Positions 18,935 through 27,920 are shown, numbered from the stretch's first letter. The stretch: DNA of 33,933 bases from a virus (IMGVR_UViG_3300011102_000346:1-33933); one strand, 5' to 3'. The notes: generated by a model from the sequence alone, not told the origin. Translations and numbers: made by a program.

Positions 18935-19411
18935 ATGGCTTTCGATTCCGACCTGCGCCGGTTCCACATCGTCACCGGCTCGGCCGCCCCGACCACCAAC
19001 GTCCGGGGGGTCATCGACCCGGACGGCAGGTGCCTCTATCAGGAGTACCTGCCGTCCGGCGAGTACGGCACGTGGATCGTCGGAGACCTGTCGGACCTGA
19101 CGACCCGCTACGGCGGGATGACGAACTACTCGCTGACCTACGTGGACCCGGACGAGCCGGAGATCGCCTCCGTCTCCCCGTCCACGGGTACCGTCGCCGG
19201 CGGCACCTCTGTGACCGCCACGACCACCGGCACGAACTCCTCCTCGGTCACCGTCACCGTGGGCGGCACCGCCGCCACCAACGTCCGCTGGAACGCCACT
19301 TCGGTCACCTTCACCACCCCCGCGGGTACCGCGGGCGCCAAGGACGTCGTCATCACCACGGCCGAGGGCACCAGCACCCTCGAAGAGGGCTTCACCTACA
19401 CCTCGGAGTGA
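18935..19411 (+). CDS. IPT/TIG (Ig-like) domain virion protein
   Basis: PEIASVSPSTGTVAGGTSVT...TSVTFTTPAGTAGAKDVVIT...FTY. Confidence 0.8.
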   Translation: MAFDSDLRRFHIVTGSAAPTTNVRGVIDPDGRCLYQEYLPSGEYGTWIVGDLSDLTTRYGGMTNYSLTYVDPDEPEIASVSPSTGTVAGGTSVTATTTGTNSSSVTVTVGGTAATNVRWNATSVTFTTPAGTAGAKDVVITTAEGTSTLEEGFTYTSE

Positions 19412-19413
19412 GA

Positions 19414-19680
19414 GTGAGCGTGACGCGCTGCACCTGCGGTGCGGGGCACGCCACCTTCGGGGCGTGCCTGCGCGCCAAGAACATCCGCATCGGCTATGCG
19501 GCCTCCGCCCGCGGCCTGGACCGCACCCGCGAGAAGCGGTGGGACGCCGAACTGGCGGCCTATGCGGACGCGCGCCGCCAGGGCATCCAGCCGGACGGCA
19601 CCCGCCTGAGCCAGGTCCGCCAGGCCCTGGACATCTCCGACAGGACAGGAGTCGCGTATGGCTCTGGAACTCCAGGGTGA
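19414..19680 (+). CDS. conserved hypothetical phage protein, 88 aa
   Basis: CTCGAGHATFGACLRAKN...KRWDAELAAYADARRQGIQPDGT; start 19414 or 19420. Confidence 0.7.
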   Translation: MSVTRCTCGAGHATFGACLRAKNIRIGYAASARGLDRTREKRWDAELAAYADARRQGIQPDGTRLSQVRQALDISDRTGVAYGSGTPG

Positions 19681-19888
19681 GCTGAACCGCATCGCAGGCA
19701 CCGAGGGGCTCGGTCCGGACGGCGCCGCGAACGTCTACGCGGGCACGTCCGGGCTGGCCTTGGTCGGCGCCCTGAACCATGCCGCAGGCACCGAGGGGCT
19801 GGACCTCCAGGGCGTCTGCAACGCCCTGGCGGGCACGCAGGGCCTCGGTGCCCCCGAGGCCCTTTCCCTTCTCCCGGACGGCTCATGA
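19658..19888 (+). CDS. small virion protein with internal AGT-x-GL repeats
   Basis: AGTEGL/AGTSGL/AGTEGL/AGTQGL; GGAG RBS. Confidence 0.7.
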   Translation: MALELQGELNRIAGTEGLGPDGAANVYAGTSGLALVGALNHAAGTEGLDLQGVCNALAGTQGLGAPEALSLLPDGS

Positions 19889-20769
19889 GTACCTTCGCCG
19901 AACTCGTGGACGAGCTGGAGTCCGCCCTGACGGGCTACTCCGTCAGCCCGTCCCAGACCCACCTCACCGCGGACGTCGCCGCGGACGAACTGACCCTGCC
20001 CGTCAGCGACCACCAGAAGGTCTCTGCGGGCCTGGTGCAGGTTGGGGATGAGATGGTCTGGGTGGACTCCGTCAGCGCCTCGGGCGCCGTCGTACCGCCC
20101 TACGGGCGGGGGTATCAGTCTTCCACCGCCTCTGCCCATGTGAGCGGGACGCGGGTGGTCAACAAGCCCCCGTTCCCGAGGGTGCGCATCAAGCGCACCC
20201 TCAACGAGGTCATCACCAACCTCTTTCCCGACCTCTACGGGGTCTCCTTCACGGAGATCGTCAACCAGGGTCCCGTGACGACCTACGCACTCCCCGCGGA
20301 CTGCGAGGGCATCCTCTCGGTCGTCTACGAGACGGTCGGCCCCAGCGAGGCGTGGCAGCCGGTCAAGAGGTGGCACTACAACCCGAGCGCCAACCCCGCG
20401 GCCTTCCCGAGCGGGAAGTCCGTGGACCTGTGGCAGGGTCCCATCCCCGGCTACCGGTGGCGACTGATCTACAAGGTAAAGCCCACGGCTCTGAGCGCCC
20501 CGCAGGACGACTTCACGTCCTGCGGCCTGCCCGAGTACTGCGAGGACGTCGTCAAGGCGGGGGCGGCCTACCAGTTGGTCTCCCGCCTGGACTTCCCGCG
20601 GCTCCAGACCCGGAGCGTGGAATCCTCCCAGCGCTCGGTCTACGTGGAGACCGGCGCCGCCAACGATGCCAGCAAGTACTACTACGCGCTCTACCAGGAG
20701 GCCAAGGCCGCGGCGGCCAAGCGCCTCCGCGAGGAGCACCCGCCCCAGGTCCACTTCACGAGGTTCTGA
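19885..20769 (+). CDS. head-tail adaptor (tail tubular A-like)
   Basis: MSTFAELVDELE start, ..TYALPAD.., position after capsid; 294 aa. Confidence 0.6.
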   Translation: MSTFAELVDELESALTGYSVSPSQTHLTADVAADELTLPVSDHQKVSAGLVQVGDEMVWVDSVSASGAVVPPYGRGYQSSTASAHVSGTRVVNKPPFPRVRIKRTLNEVITNLFPDLYGVSFTEIVNQGPVTTYALPADCEGILSVVYETVGPSEAWQPVKRWHYNPSANPAAFPSGKSVDLWQGPIPGYRWRLIYKVKPTALSAPQDDFTSCGLPEYCEDVVKAGAAYQLVSRLDFPRLQTRSVESSQRSVYVETGAANDASKYYYALYQEAKAAAAKRLREEHPPQVHFTRF

Positions 20770-21728
20770 TGGCAGTCAACAGACACTACTCCTCCGCGGC
20801 GGTCGCAACCTCCCTGGCCGCGCCGGTCAACGACTCGGCCCTGTCCATCCAGGTCACCGCCCTGACGGGCTACCCCAGCAGCTACCCGTACACGATCCTC
20901 GTGGACGAGGGGACCTCCTCCGCGGAGGTCATGACCGTCACCGGGGCCGCCGGCACCACCCTGACGGTGGAGAGGGGAGCGGACGGTACCAGCGCCGTCT
21001 CGCACTCGCTGGGAGCCAGCGTGCGCCACGGCGTGAGCGCACGGGACTTCCGGGAGCCCCAGGAGCACATGGACGCCTCCACGGGCGTCCATGGCGTCAC
21101 GGGCGCCCTGGTGGGCACCACCGCCGCCCAGACGCTGACCAACAAGACGCTGACCTCTCCGACCATCACCACCCCCGACATCAGCGGGGGCTCCTGGTCG
21201 GGCTCTCCGACCATCTCGAACCCGAGCCTGGGCACGCCCTCCATCTCCTCCTTCGCCAGCGCCAACCACACCCACACCTCGACGGCGCAGGGCGGCGTCA
21301 TCCCCGTCCCGCGAGGGCGGTTCCGTTTCGACGGGTCCGAGGCGCTGAACGCGGGGGTAGAGGAGACCATCTCCCTGACCTCTCAGAACTTCTCCAAGGA
21401 CGGCGGCCCGACCTGGTCGGCGGGCACCTCGACCCAGATCACCCTCCCCGCCTTCAACGGCGACTGGGACATCAAGCTCAAGGGCGTCTGGGAGGCGGCC
21501 GGAGCCAACACGGGAGCCTGCTCGCTCAAGCTCAAGCGCGTCGGAGACGACCAGCTCATTCTGGAGGCGTTCATGACCGCCCCGGGCGGCACCTCCTGGC
21601 CCGTGGCCACCGCCGCCGACGTCTACGAGGGCGCAGCCGGCCAGCAGTTCTACGTCACCGCCACCTCCGACCTCGCGCGCAATCTCCGCGAGGTCATCGT
21701 CTCCTTCACTCTCGTGAAGAGGACCTGA
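20769..21728 (+). CDS. tail fibre / minor tail protein
   Basis: TLTVERGADGTSAVSH, HGVTGALVGTTAAQTLTNKTLTSPTI fibre motifs. Confidence 0.75.
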   Translation: MAVNRHYSSAAVATSLAAPVNDSALSIQVTALTGYPSSYPYTILVDEGTSSAEVMTVTGAAGTTLTVERGADGTSAVSHSLGASVRHGVSARDFREPQEHMDASTGVHGVTGALVGTTAAQTLTNKTLTSPTITTPDISGGSWSGSPTISNPSLGTPSISSFASANHTHTSTAQGGVIPVPRGRFRFDGSEALNAGVEETISLTSQNFSKDGGPTWSAGTSTQITLPAFNGDWDIKLKGVWEAAGANTGACSLKLKRVGDDQLILEAFMTAPGGTSWPVATAADVYEGAAGQQFYVTATSDLARNLREVIVSFTLVKRT

Positions 21729-23650
21729 TGGTCCTGCACGTCCAGCAGCCGCTGCCCTTCGCCCTGCCGGGGCCGTCCAGCGCCGCGGTGTCCTCCTACG
21801 AGGACACCGGGCGCATCTACGACTGGTCCATCGGGGGTGTGCCCTTCCTCTCGGCCGCCAGCCGCGAGGACCCCCTCGTCCTCCGCTCCGCGGAGTTCCG
21901 CAAGCAACAGGTGGACCAGAGCCCGGAGCCGGGGGAGCAGTCGCTCACCGGGTGGTGGGCGCGCTCGCAGCTGTCCTTCCACGGTGGGGCGGGGATGAAG
22001 TATTCGGACCCCGCCCTGGACGAGAGCGCCTCCATCCGCTTCGAGGACAGCCGCGGGGTGGACGTCTGGACCCCGGGGCAGGTGACCCTGCTCCCGGCCG
22101 CCTCCAAGGTGGCGAGCCTGGGCTCCGGCACCATCGTGATGGTCGGAGCCCGCGTACTGGGCTCCGACCTGATCGTCTACGGCAACGGCACCACGGTCGG
22201 CTACGTGACCGCCTCCGGCACCACGGGGACGCTCGACGTCACCAGCGGGGACCCCCCGGCTTCGGCCTGGCAGTCCATCACCTCGGACGGCACCTGCATC
22301 TACCTCTCCAACGCGGAAGGCATCTGGAAGGTCCGCTGGACCGGCTTCCCCTCCTCTTACGAGTACCTCCAGGCGTGGGACTTCGGCACCCTCACCACGG
22401 CGACCACCGTCCTGGGGTGGGCGATGGGTCGCCTCATCGCCGGCGTGGACGAGGCTCTCTATGAGCTCGTGCCCACCGGGGGGGCGTTGCCGGACTCCCT
22501 GCCTGAGAGCGCCGTCTACACCTCACTGGTGCCCGGCTGGCGGTGGACCTCCATCACCGCCGGTCCCGAGGCGATCTACGCCGCGGGCTACGCCGGCAAC
22601 CGCGGGAGCATCCTGGCCGTCGCTCCCGCGGAGGAAGGAGCCCTCCCGACCCTGACAGGGGCGATCGAGGTCGCCCAGCTCCCCACGGGGGAGACTCCGA
22701 GAGCGATCCGCTCCTACCTCGGGACGCTGATGGCCATCGGCACGAACAGGGGCGTGCGCGTCGCCGACATCGAAGCCGGCGGCGCACTGTCCTATGGTCC
22801 GCTCATCGAGACAGAGCTCCCCGTCTCCGACATGGCCTCCTCCGACCGCTTCGTCTACGTCGCCCGCTCCTCCGGGAGTGAGGGCGCCGGACTGCTCAGG
22901 CTGGACCTGAGCGTCCTCAATGAACTCTCCGGCCGCTACGCCTACGCCGTGGACATGCAGGCCGAGGCCACGGGGACGACGTCCGCCGTGGCCTTGATCG
23001 GCGAGACGGGCCGGGTGGCCTTCGCCGTGGACGGCGACGGCATCCACTTCCAGCACCCCACCGACCTGGTGGAGTCCGGATGGGTGCGCACCGCGGCCAC
23101 CCGCTACAACACGCTGTGGCCCAAGCTCTTCAAGCGCCTGTCCGTCCGCGCGCAGATCCAGGGCTCGATCATCGTTGAGAGCGTGGACCGCTCCGGGACC
23201 GCGACCACCATCGCGGCCCTGGCCGACAGTACCGACCTGTCCGAGGACCTGGCCATCAACGTCCCGGACACCCCCCAGGAGCAGCTGGCGCTGCGCCTGA
23301 CCCTGTACCGGGCCACACCGACCACCGGACCGACCCTGAGGGGCTACATCCTCAAGGCGCTCCCCGGCGGTCCCCGCCAGTACGAATACCTGCTGCCGCT
23401 GTCCTGCTACGACTTCGAGAAGACCCAGGACGGCCAGGAGATCGGCTACGTCGGCCACGCCTGGGAGCGGCTCGGCCAGGTCATGGAGCTGGCCAAACAG
23501 GGGGCCGTGGTCATGGCCAAGGAGTTGAACATCAATTTCAGCGTTCTCGTGACCATTGAGAACGTGGAGTTCCGCCAGACCGCCCCTGGACGGACGCCCG
23601 ACTCTCCGTGGGGGGGAGTCCTGATCCTGACACTGAGGACCCTCGAATGA
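21728..23650 (+). CDS. tail nozzle (tail tubular B-like, beta-propeller-like)
   Basis: 640 aa beta-rich, last structural gene before lysis genes. Confidence 0.6.
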   Translation: MVLHVQQPLPFALPGPSSAAVSSYEDTGRIYDWSIGGVPFLSAASREDPLVLRSAEFRKQQVDQSPEPGEQSLTGWWARSQLSFHGGAGMKYSDPALDESASIRFEDSRGVDVWTPGQVTLLPAASKVASLGSGTIVMVGARVLGSDLIVYGNGTTVGYVTASGTTGTLDVTSGDPPASAWQSITSDGTCIYLSNAEGIWKVRWTGFPSSYEYLQAWDFGTLTTATTVLGWAMGRLIAGVDEALYELVPTGGALPDSLPESAVYTSLVPGWRWTSITAGPEAIYAAGYAGNRGSILAVAPAEEGALPTLTGAIEVAQLPTGETPRAIRSYLGTLMAIGTNRGVRVADIEAGGALSYGPLIETELPVSDMASSDRFVYVARSSGSEGAGLLRLDLSVLNELSGRYAYAVDMQAEATGTTSAVALIGETGRVAFAVDGDGIHFQHPTDLVESGWVRTAATRYNTLWPKLFKRLSVRAQIQGSIIVESVDRSGTATTIAALADSTDLSEDLAINVPDTPQEQLALRLTLYRATPTTGPTLRGYILKALPGGPRQYEYLLPLSCYDFEKTQDGQEIGYVGHAWERLGQVMELAKQGAVVMAKELNINFSVLVTIENVEFRQTAPGRTPDSPWGGVLILTLRTLE

Positions 23651-23889
23651 CCGTGCAGCAGATCGTGGACAGCATCAAGGAGCTGGGGGCGCTGGCCACC
23701 GCCCTCACCGCCATCGGCGGCCTGGTCTGGCTGGTCGTCGGGCGACCCTTCGTGGCCTTCCTCGACCGCAAGTTCGACACCCTCACCAAGGCCATCGAAG
23801 CCGGCACGGCCGCGACCGAGGCCGTGCGGCACGAGCTCCAGGAGCACATCAACGACAAGACGGCCCACCCCGGCAAGGGGTGGCTGTGA
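23647..23889 (+). CDS. single-TM membrane protein (lysis-associated)
   Basis: LGALATALTAIGGLVWLVV TM segment then coiled tail; ATGA overlap. Confidence 0.7.
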   Translation: MTVQQIVDSIKELGALATALTAIGGLVWLVVGRPFVAFLDRKFDTLTKAIEAGTAATEAVRHELQEHINDKTAHPGKGWL

Positions 23890-24353
23890 TCGTCTCCTTC
23901 TTCTCCCCGCCGGAGTGTGAGCACGGGGGTCGGATCCTGTGGATTCCGGCCCAGCGCCCGTCCCTGGTCCCCGAGCGGCTGGCCGAATGGCACAACGCCG
24001 CGGGCTCGTCCCCGCATCTGATCTGGGACGCGGCCACGGGCGCGGTCGTCGAGATGATCCATCCCGGCTTCCGCAACGCCCTGTTCGCCCCGGACGACCC
24101 CAGATCAGCCCTGTACGCTGTCGAGATCGTCCCTGACGGGAGCGTGCCCTTCTGGAAGGGTAAGTACTGGGAAGGGCTCCTTGAGCGCCTGGAGGCGCTC
24201 TCAGTGCCTCCCAAGTGGCCTCTGGGCCCGCCCGAGACCTACGCCCGCTACAGCTCGAACTTCAGCAGACCCGGCCACTACGGGGCCGAGCAGGTCAGCA
24301 GCAAACTCGGGGCCATCGGTCCCGTGGACACCAGTGCCTGGAGGAAGCCGTGA
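23886..24353 (+). CDS. hypothetical protein, possibly a degenerate amidase fold
   Basis: PHLIWDAATGAVVEMI..ALYAVEIV pattern; GTGA overlap. Confidence 0.6.
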   Translation: MIVSFFSPPECEHGGRILWIPAQRPSLVPERLAEWHNAAGSSPHLIWDAATGAVVEMIHPGFRNALFAPDDPRSALYAVEIVPDGSVPFWKGKYWEGLLERLEALSVPPKWPLGPPETYARYSSNFSRPGHYGAEQVSSKLGAIGPVDTSAWRKP

Positions 24354-24355
24354 GG

Positions 24356-24496
24356 ATGCTCGGACGATTCCTGACCGGCGGCTGCGGATGCAACACGCCC
24401 GGCCCCGACTGCGCCGGACACACCCCCGACCCGCGGCGCTTCAAGCGCCGGGAGAAGCGCGCCTGGCAGCGCGAGGCGCGGGAGGAGTTGGAGTGA
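24356..24496 (+). CDS. small Cys-rich basic protein, 46 aa
   Basis: MLGRFLTGGCGCNTPGPDC...RRFKRREKRAWQRE; tightly packed between neighbours (alternative GTG 24350). Confidence 0.55.
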   Translation: MLGRFLTGGCGCNTPGPDCAGHTPDPRRFKRREKRAWQREAREELE

Positions 24497-25266
24497 AGAC
24501 CGTCCCATCCCCGAACAGGTACGCAGGGCGCACGATGCCCGTGAGGGTCATCGTCATCCACTCCATGGAGGCGCCCGAGGGACCTCAGACCGCCGAGAAC
24601 GTCGCCGCGTACTTCGCCAAGCCGTCCACCAAGGCGTCCGCCCACATCTGCGTGGACAACAACTCCGAAGTCCGCTGCGTCGCGGACGAGGACACCGCCT
24701 GGGCGGCGCCCGGCTGCAACGCGGACGGCCTCCAACTGGAACTGGCCGGCTACGCCCGCCAGACCCGCAAGGAGTGGATGGACGACTACTCCCTGACCAT
24801 GCTGGGCAGGGCCGTGAAGATCGTCGCGGCCTGGTGCCGCAAGTACTCCATCCCTGCCAGGCGCTTGACGCAGGCGGAGTTGAGGGCGGGGCACAAGGGG
24901 CTCACGTCCCACGCGGACGTGAGCGCCGTCTACAAACGCTCGGACCACACCGACCCCGGAGCAGGCTTCCCCTGGGACTGGTTCATCAAGGCCCTCCAGG
25001 AGGAGCTGAGCGGCAAGAAGGAGGCCGTCCAGACCATGGCAGACCTGGACACCGCGAAGATCAAGGTCCCCATCGGGGACTACTACGCCGCCTACTGGCG
25101 GGGCGAGAAGTACCCGATGAGCTTCATCCTGGTCGCCGCGGCGACCGAGGCGAAGCTGGCCAAGGACGCCGCCGCCAAGGGGGCGGCGGCGTTGGACGCA
25201 CGGCTGGCCCGCGTGGAGTACGCGCTGGGTGAGATCAAGGAACTGCTCTCGAAGGAGGCCCCGTGA
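24493..25266 (+). CDS. endolysin, N-acetylmuramoyl-L-alanine amidase (Amidase_2)
   Basis: VIVIHSME, ASAHICVD, AWAA, LELAG, LTSHADV, HTDPG Zn-amidase motifs; GGAGG RBS. Confidence 0.9.
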   Translation: MKTVPSPNRYAGRTMPVRVIVIHSMEAPEGPQTAENVAAYFAKPSTKASAHICVDNNSEVRCVADEDTAWAAPGCNADGLQLELAGYARQTRKEWMDDYSLTMLGRAVKIVAAWCRKYSIPARRLTQAELRAGHKGLTSHADVSAVYKRSDHTDPGAGFPWDWFIKALQEELSGKKEAVQTMADLDTAKIKVPIGDYYAAYWRGEKYPMSFILVAAATEAKLAKDAAAKGAAALDARLARVEYALGEIKELLSKEAP

Positions 25267-25454
25267 CCCTGGACATCCTCAAGAACCCCCGGCTCTACCG
25301 CAAGGCGGGCATGGCCTTCGTGACCGCCCTGATCGGCTCCCTGGGCACCGCCATGGCGGACGGCGCCCTGGACCAGATCGAGATCCTCACCTCGCTGGGC
25401 GTGGCCATCATCGCCTTCGGGACCGTCTTCCAGACTCCCAACGCAGTCGAGTAG
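25263..25454 (+). CDS. holin
   Basis: 63 aa, two TM segments, YRKA...VFQTPN pattern, directly after endolysin. Confidence 0.8.
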   Translation: MTLDILKNPRLYRKAGMAFVTALIGSLGTAMADGALDQIEILTSLGVAIIAFGTVFQTPNAVE

Positions 25455-25474
25455 CGGGCAGTCCCCGAACAGCA

Positions 25475-25506
25475 CTAAGGCCCCTGGCGAAAGCCAGGGG
25501 CCTTAG
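25475..25506 (+). terminator. intrinsic terminator
   Basis: CTAAGGCCCCTGGC-GAAA-GCCAGGGGCCTTAG, 14-bp stem. Confidence 0.8.
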
Positions 25507-25579
25507 GATTTCCCGACCCTGGGCCGGGCTGGGAGGCCGGCGGGCCTCCTGAATTCCCTTCGCATCCCACAGGACGACC

Positions 25580-25654
25580 GGCATCCTGTTCCTGTTCATC
25601 AAGGCGCTCAACGGCAAGGACCCCGCCTATGGGCGGGTCTCCAAGGCGAAGTGA
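25580..25654 (+). pseudogene. startless 3' relic of a holin-like gene
   Basis: GILFLFIKALNGKDPAYGRVSKAK* with GC3-rich codons; in-frame stop at 25550 and no start codon. Confidence 0.5.
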
Positions 25655-25666
25655 GACCGAGCAGGC

Positions 25667-25703
25667 GAAAGCCCCCGGTGGTGGCCGGGGGCTTTCTCCC
25701 TTT
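25667..25703. terminator. intrinsic terminator, likely bidirectional
   Basis: GAAAGCCCCCGG-tggtgg-CCGGGGGCTTTC then tccctttcc. Confidence 0.75.
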
Positions 25704-25848
25704 CCAGATGTCCCGGAGAGCACCGGGGGCTTGTGAGCCCACCCCCGAAGGGGCGGGCGGGCTGGCACCTATCCGGACAAGTGCCCGGTGCAGTGCCGGT
25801 TCAGTATGACACACGCACGGCACCTGCGCCCACATGACGCCGAGAGCA

Positions 25849-26940
25849 TCAGGCCCCTGTGCCGTAGCCGGGGCCCAGACGCCTCCTGCGACGATCGGAG
25901 AGGTCGACGACTCCAGAAGAAGGAGCCTTGGGCTTCGGGAGCCCCTGAGCCGCCTCGAAGTCCTCCAGGAACAGCTTCCCGAGGTCTTCGACCTCCTGGT
26001 CGATGTCGATGTAAATCTCTGTGGTCTTTTGATCCTTGTGGCCCAGCATGGTCTTCGCCGCGCGGATGCCGTGCCTGCGGGTCAGGTGGGAGCCCGTCCC
26101 GCGCCTCAGGGCGTGCGAGGGCGGCAGCCCCGCCCTCGCCATGATGTCCTTGACCGCGGCATATGTCGTGGGCTCGGAGGGGATCAGCTTCAGGGGCCGG
26201 CGCAGCCCCTTGATGATGGCGCCCTTGCCGGGCCCCGTCTTGGGGATCAGGTAGTCGTCCGGCCTCAGCGGGCGGCCGATGAGCCGGGAGTACTCCTCCA
26301 ACCACGCCTTGGCGATGGGCGCGAACTCGGGGTCTATCTGGCCCTTGACGTTGTACCTCCCGCCCTTGGTGTCGTCGTAGACGAAGCATCCGAAGGGGAA
26401 GCCCGGCCTGGGGGTCAGGTCCAGGTCCCTGACCCTCATGCGGGCCAGTTCCGAGTAGCGACGGGCCATGTAGTGCTGGAAGTACACCCATGCCTCATTC
26501 CGGGGATGCCACTCGCGGGCCTTGGCCGCATAGTGGTGGATCTCCTCCCGGTGCACGAAGGTCTTCTTGCGAGCCGCCTTGGGCTTGGACTTCGGCACCA
26601 GCTTGCGCTCGGGCACCTGGTCCGCCTCGAGCAGCCCCTCCTCCCGGAGCCAGGCTATGAAGACCCTCAGATGGCCCTTGTAGAGGTTGGCCGTGGTCTC
26701 GGCCAGGACCCGGCGCTGACCCGCTCTGGCAGCCTCTTCGGGCTCGGTGTTCAGTCGTGCCTGCGCGTAGCGCTCGACCGCGCTCGCGGTCAGGTCCTCG
26801 GTGGAGGAGATTCCGATTTCAGCCATCCAGTCCACGAATCGGGCGAGCTGGCCCGCCCTGCGGGTGACTGTGATGTCAGCCCGACCCAGGGTCACTCTCA
26901 GGTGCGTGAGGTGTGCTTCCAGGGCAGCCTTCAGATCCAT
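25849..26940 (-). CDS. tyrosine recombinase / integrase (Xer-like)
   Basis: R (ARRYSEL), HxxR (HALRR), LGH, Y (TTEIY); ATG 26940 with AGGAAAGGA RBS; 363 aa. Confidence 0.92.
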   Translation of the reverse strand: MDLKAALEAHLTHLRVTLGRADITVTRRAGQLARFVDWMAEIGISSTEDLTASAVERYAQARLNTEPEEAARAGQRRVLAETTANLYKGHLRVFIAWLREEGLLEADQVPERKLVPKSKPKAARKKTFVHREEIHHYAAKAREWHPRNEAWVYFQHYMARRYSELARMRVRDLDLTPRPGFPFGCFVYDDTKGGRYNVKGQIDPEFAPIAKAWLEEYSRLIGRPLRPDDYLIPKTGPGKGAIIKGLRRPLKLIPSEPTTYAAVKDIMARAGLPPSHALRRGTGSHLTRRHGIRAAKTMLGHKDQKTTEIYIDIDQEVEDLGKLFLEDFEAAQGLPKPKAPSSGVVDLSDRRRRRLGPGYGTGA

Positions 26941-26974
26941 AGGCCATCGATCCTTTCCTGAGGGGGATAATGCA

Positions 26975-27005
26975 TCTTGCCGAACGTCCCAAACGTTCGG
27001 CAAGA
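26975..27005. repeat. perfect 13-bp inverted repeat upstream of recombinase
   Basis: TCTTGCCGAACGT-cccaa-ACGTTCGGCAAGA. Confidence 0.85.
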
Positions 27006-27255
27006 GCAATTCCCAAAACTTGTCCGGGACGGGGGACGGACGCCCATAACGGGGCGTATTCGCAGGTCAAGGCATGTCTCGCTACTACCATGGAGCTTAA
27101 AACAAGGGATGCCCACCTCCCTGCGGGGTTGCGTCACAATTGGATAACGAGGGCGACTTGTGCCCCACACCTCTTCAGCGCATCGGCGTGCGGGCGGTAG
27201 CGTGCAAGCACACCAGTCAGCAGCGACGACCGACGACCAGTAAGCGAGGGGAAAA

Positions 27256-27816
27256 TTGCCTCCCCCACCCAGAGTGAACCCCAGTGCGATCCGGCGCAAT
27301 GTGACGGCCGCGGAGGTGGCCGAGAGGATCTCCCGGCGTGAGGGCGTGGAGATCTCGCCCAGCGCGGTCCGCAACGTCGTCCACCGCCACGGGTGGACGG
27401 ACCTGCCCAAGGCGGTGCCCGGTTCGAGCCGGGCCATGCAGTACCGGGCCGAGAGGGTGCTCGGTCCCATCAGGACCGAGCACTACAAGACCCACTACTG
27501 GATGCTGATCACCGCCTGGGAGCGGGTGCAGGCCGGCATGGCCGACCCCGGCGGGCTGAACGCCGTGAAGGCCAGGAATCTCGTGGAGGCGCTCCTGGAG
27601 TATGGGGACGTGCTCGACTACTCGGAGAGCGAAGGCTTCTTCGTGCGCCCCAGATGGCCCTGGGAGGCCGGAGACTACCTTGCCAAGAGGGAGAGGCCTA
27701 AGGGGTGGGCCAAGGCCCTCCGAAAGGCTCTCAGGGATCCCGAGGAGCATCTGAGCGAGGAGCACACCCGGATGTGGAGCAAGGAGCTCCTGGATACCCT
27801 CGGGGAGCTCGGATGA
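27256..27816 (+). CDS. immunity repressor (cluster A / BD-like)
   Basis: N-terminal HTH (TAAEVAERI..EISPSAVRNVV), then IRTEH..YWML and VLDYSESEGFFVRPR pattern; divergent from recombinase; TTG start after GAGGGG. Confidence 0.7.
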   Translation: MPPPPRVNPSAIRRNVTAAEVAERISRREGVEISPSAVRNVVHRHGWTDLPKAVPGSSRAMQYRAERVLGPIRTEHYKTHYWMLITAWERVQAGMADPGGLNAVKARNLVEALLEYGDVLDYSESEGFFVRPRWPWEAGDYLAKRERPKGWAKALRKALRDPEEHLSEEHTRMWSKELLDTLGELG

Positions 27817-27920
27817 ACGACGACCGCAAGCGCATGCTCCTGTGGGTCTTCGCCTGGTTCTGGTTCCTCCTGATCGTCGGCGGAGTCACGGCCCTGGGCG
27901 CGTACTCCGCCGCCCGCTAG
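27813..27920 (+). CDS. small membrane protein, 35 aa
   Basis: MNDDRKRMLLWVFAWFWFLLIVGGVTALGAYSAAR; ATGA overlap with repressor. Confidence 0.7.
   Translation: MNDDRKRMLLWVFAWFWFLLIVGGVTALGAYSAAR

Noticed and set aside
2437-23458. Long antisense and alternate-frame ORFs (e.g. 2437-4338, 6029-8164, 9338-11725)
   Set aside because: Shadow ORFs expected from high GC3 codon bias over real + strand genes
27143-27163. Further GATAAC promoter copy
   Set aside because: Spacing to TTGTG is 9 nt rather than 16 and the flanks diverge
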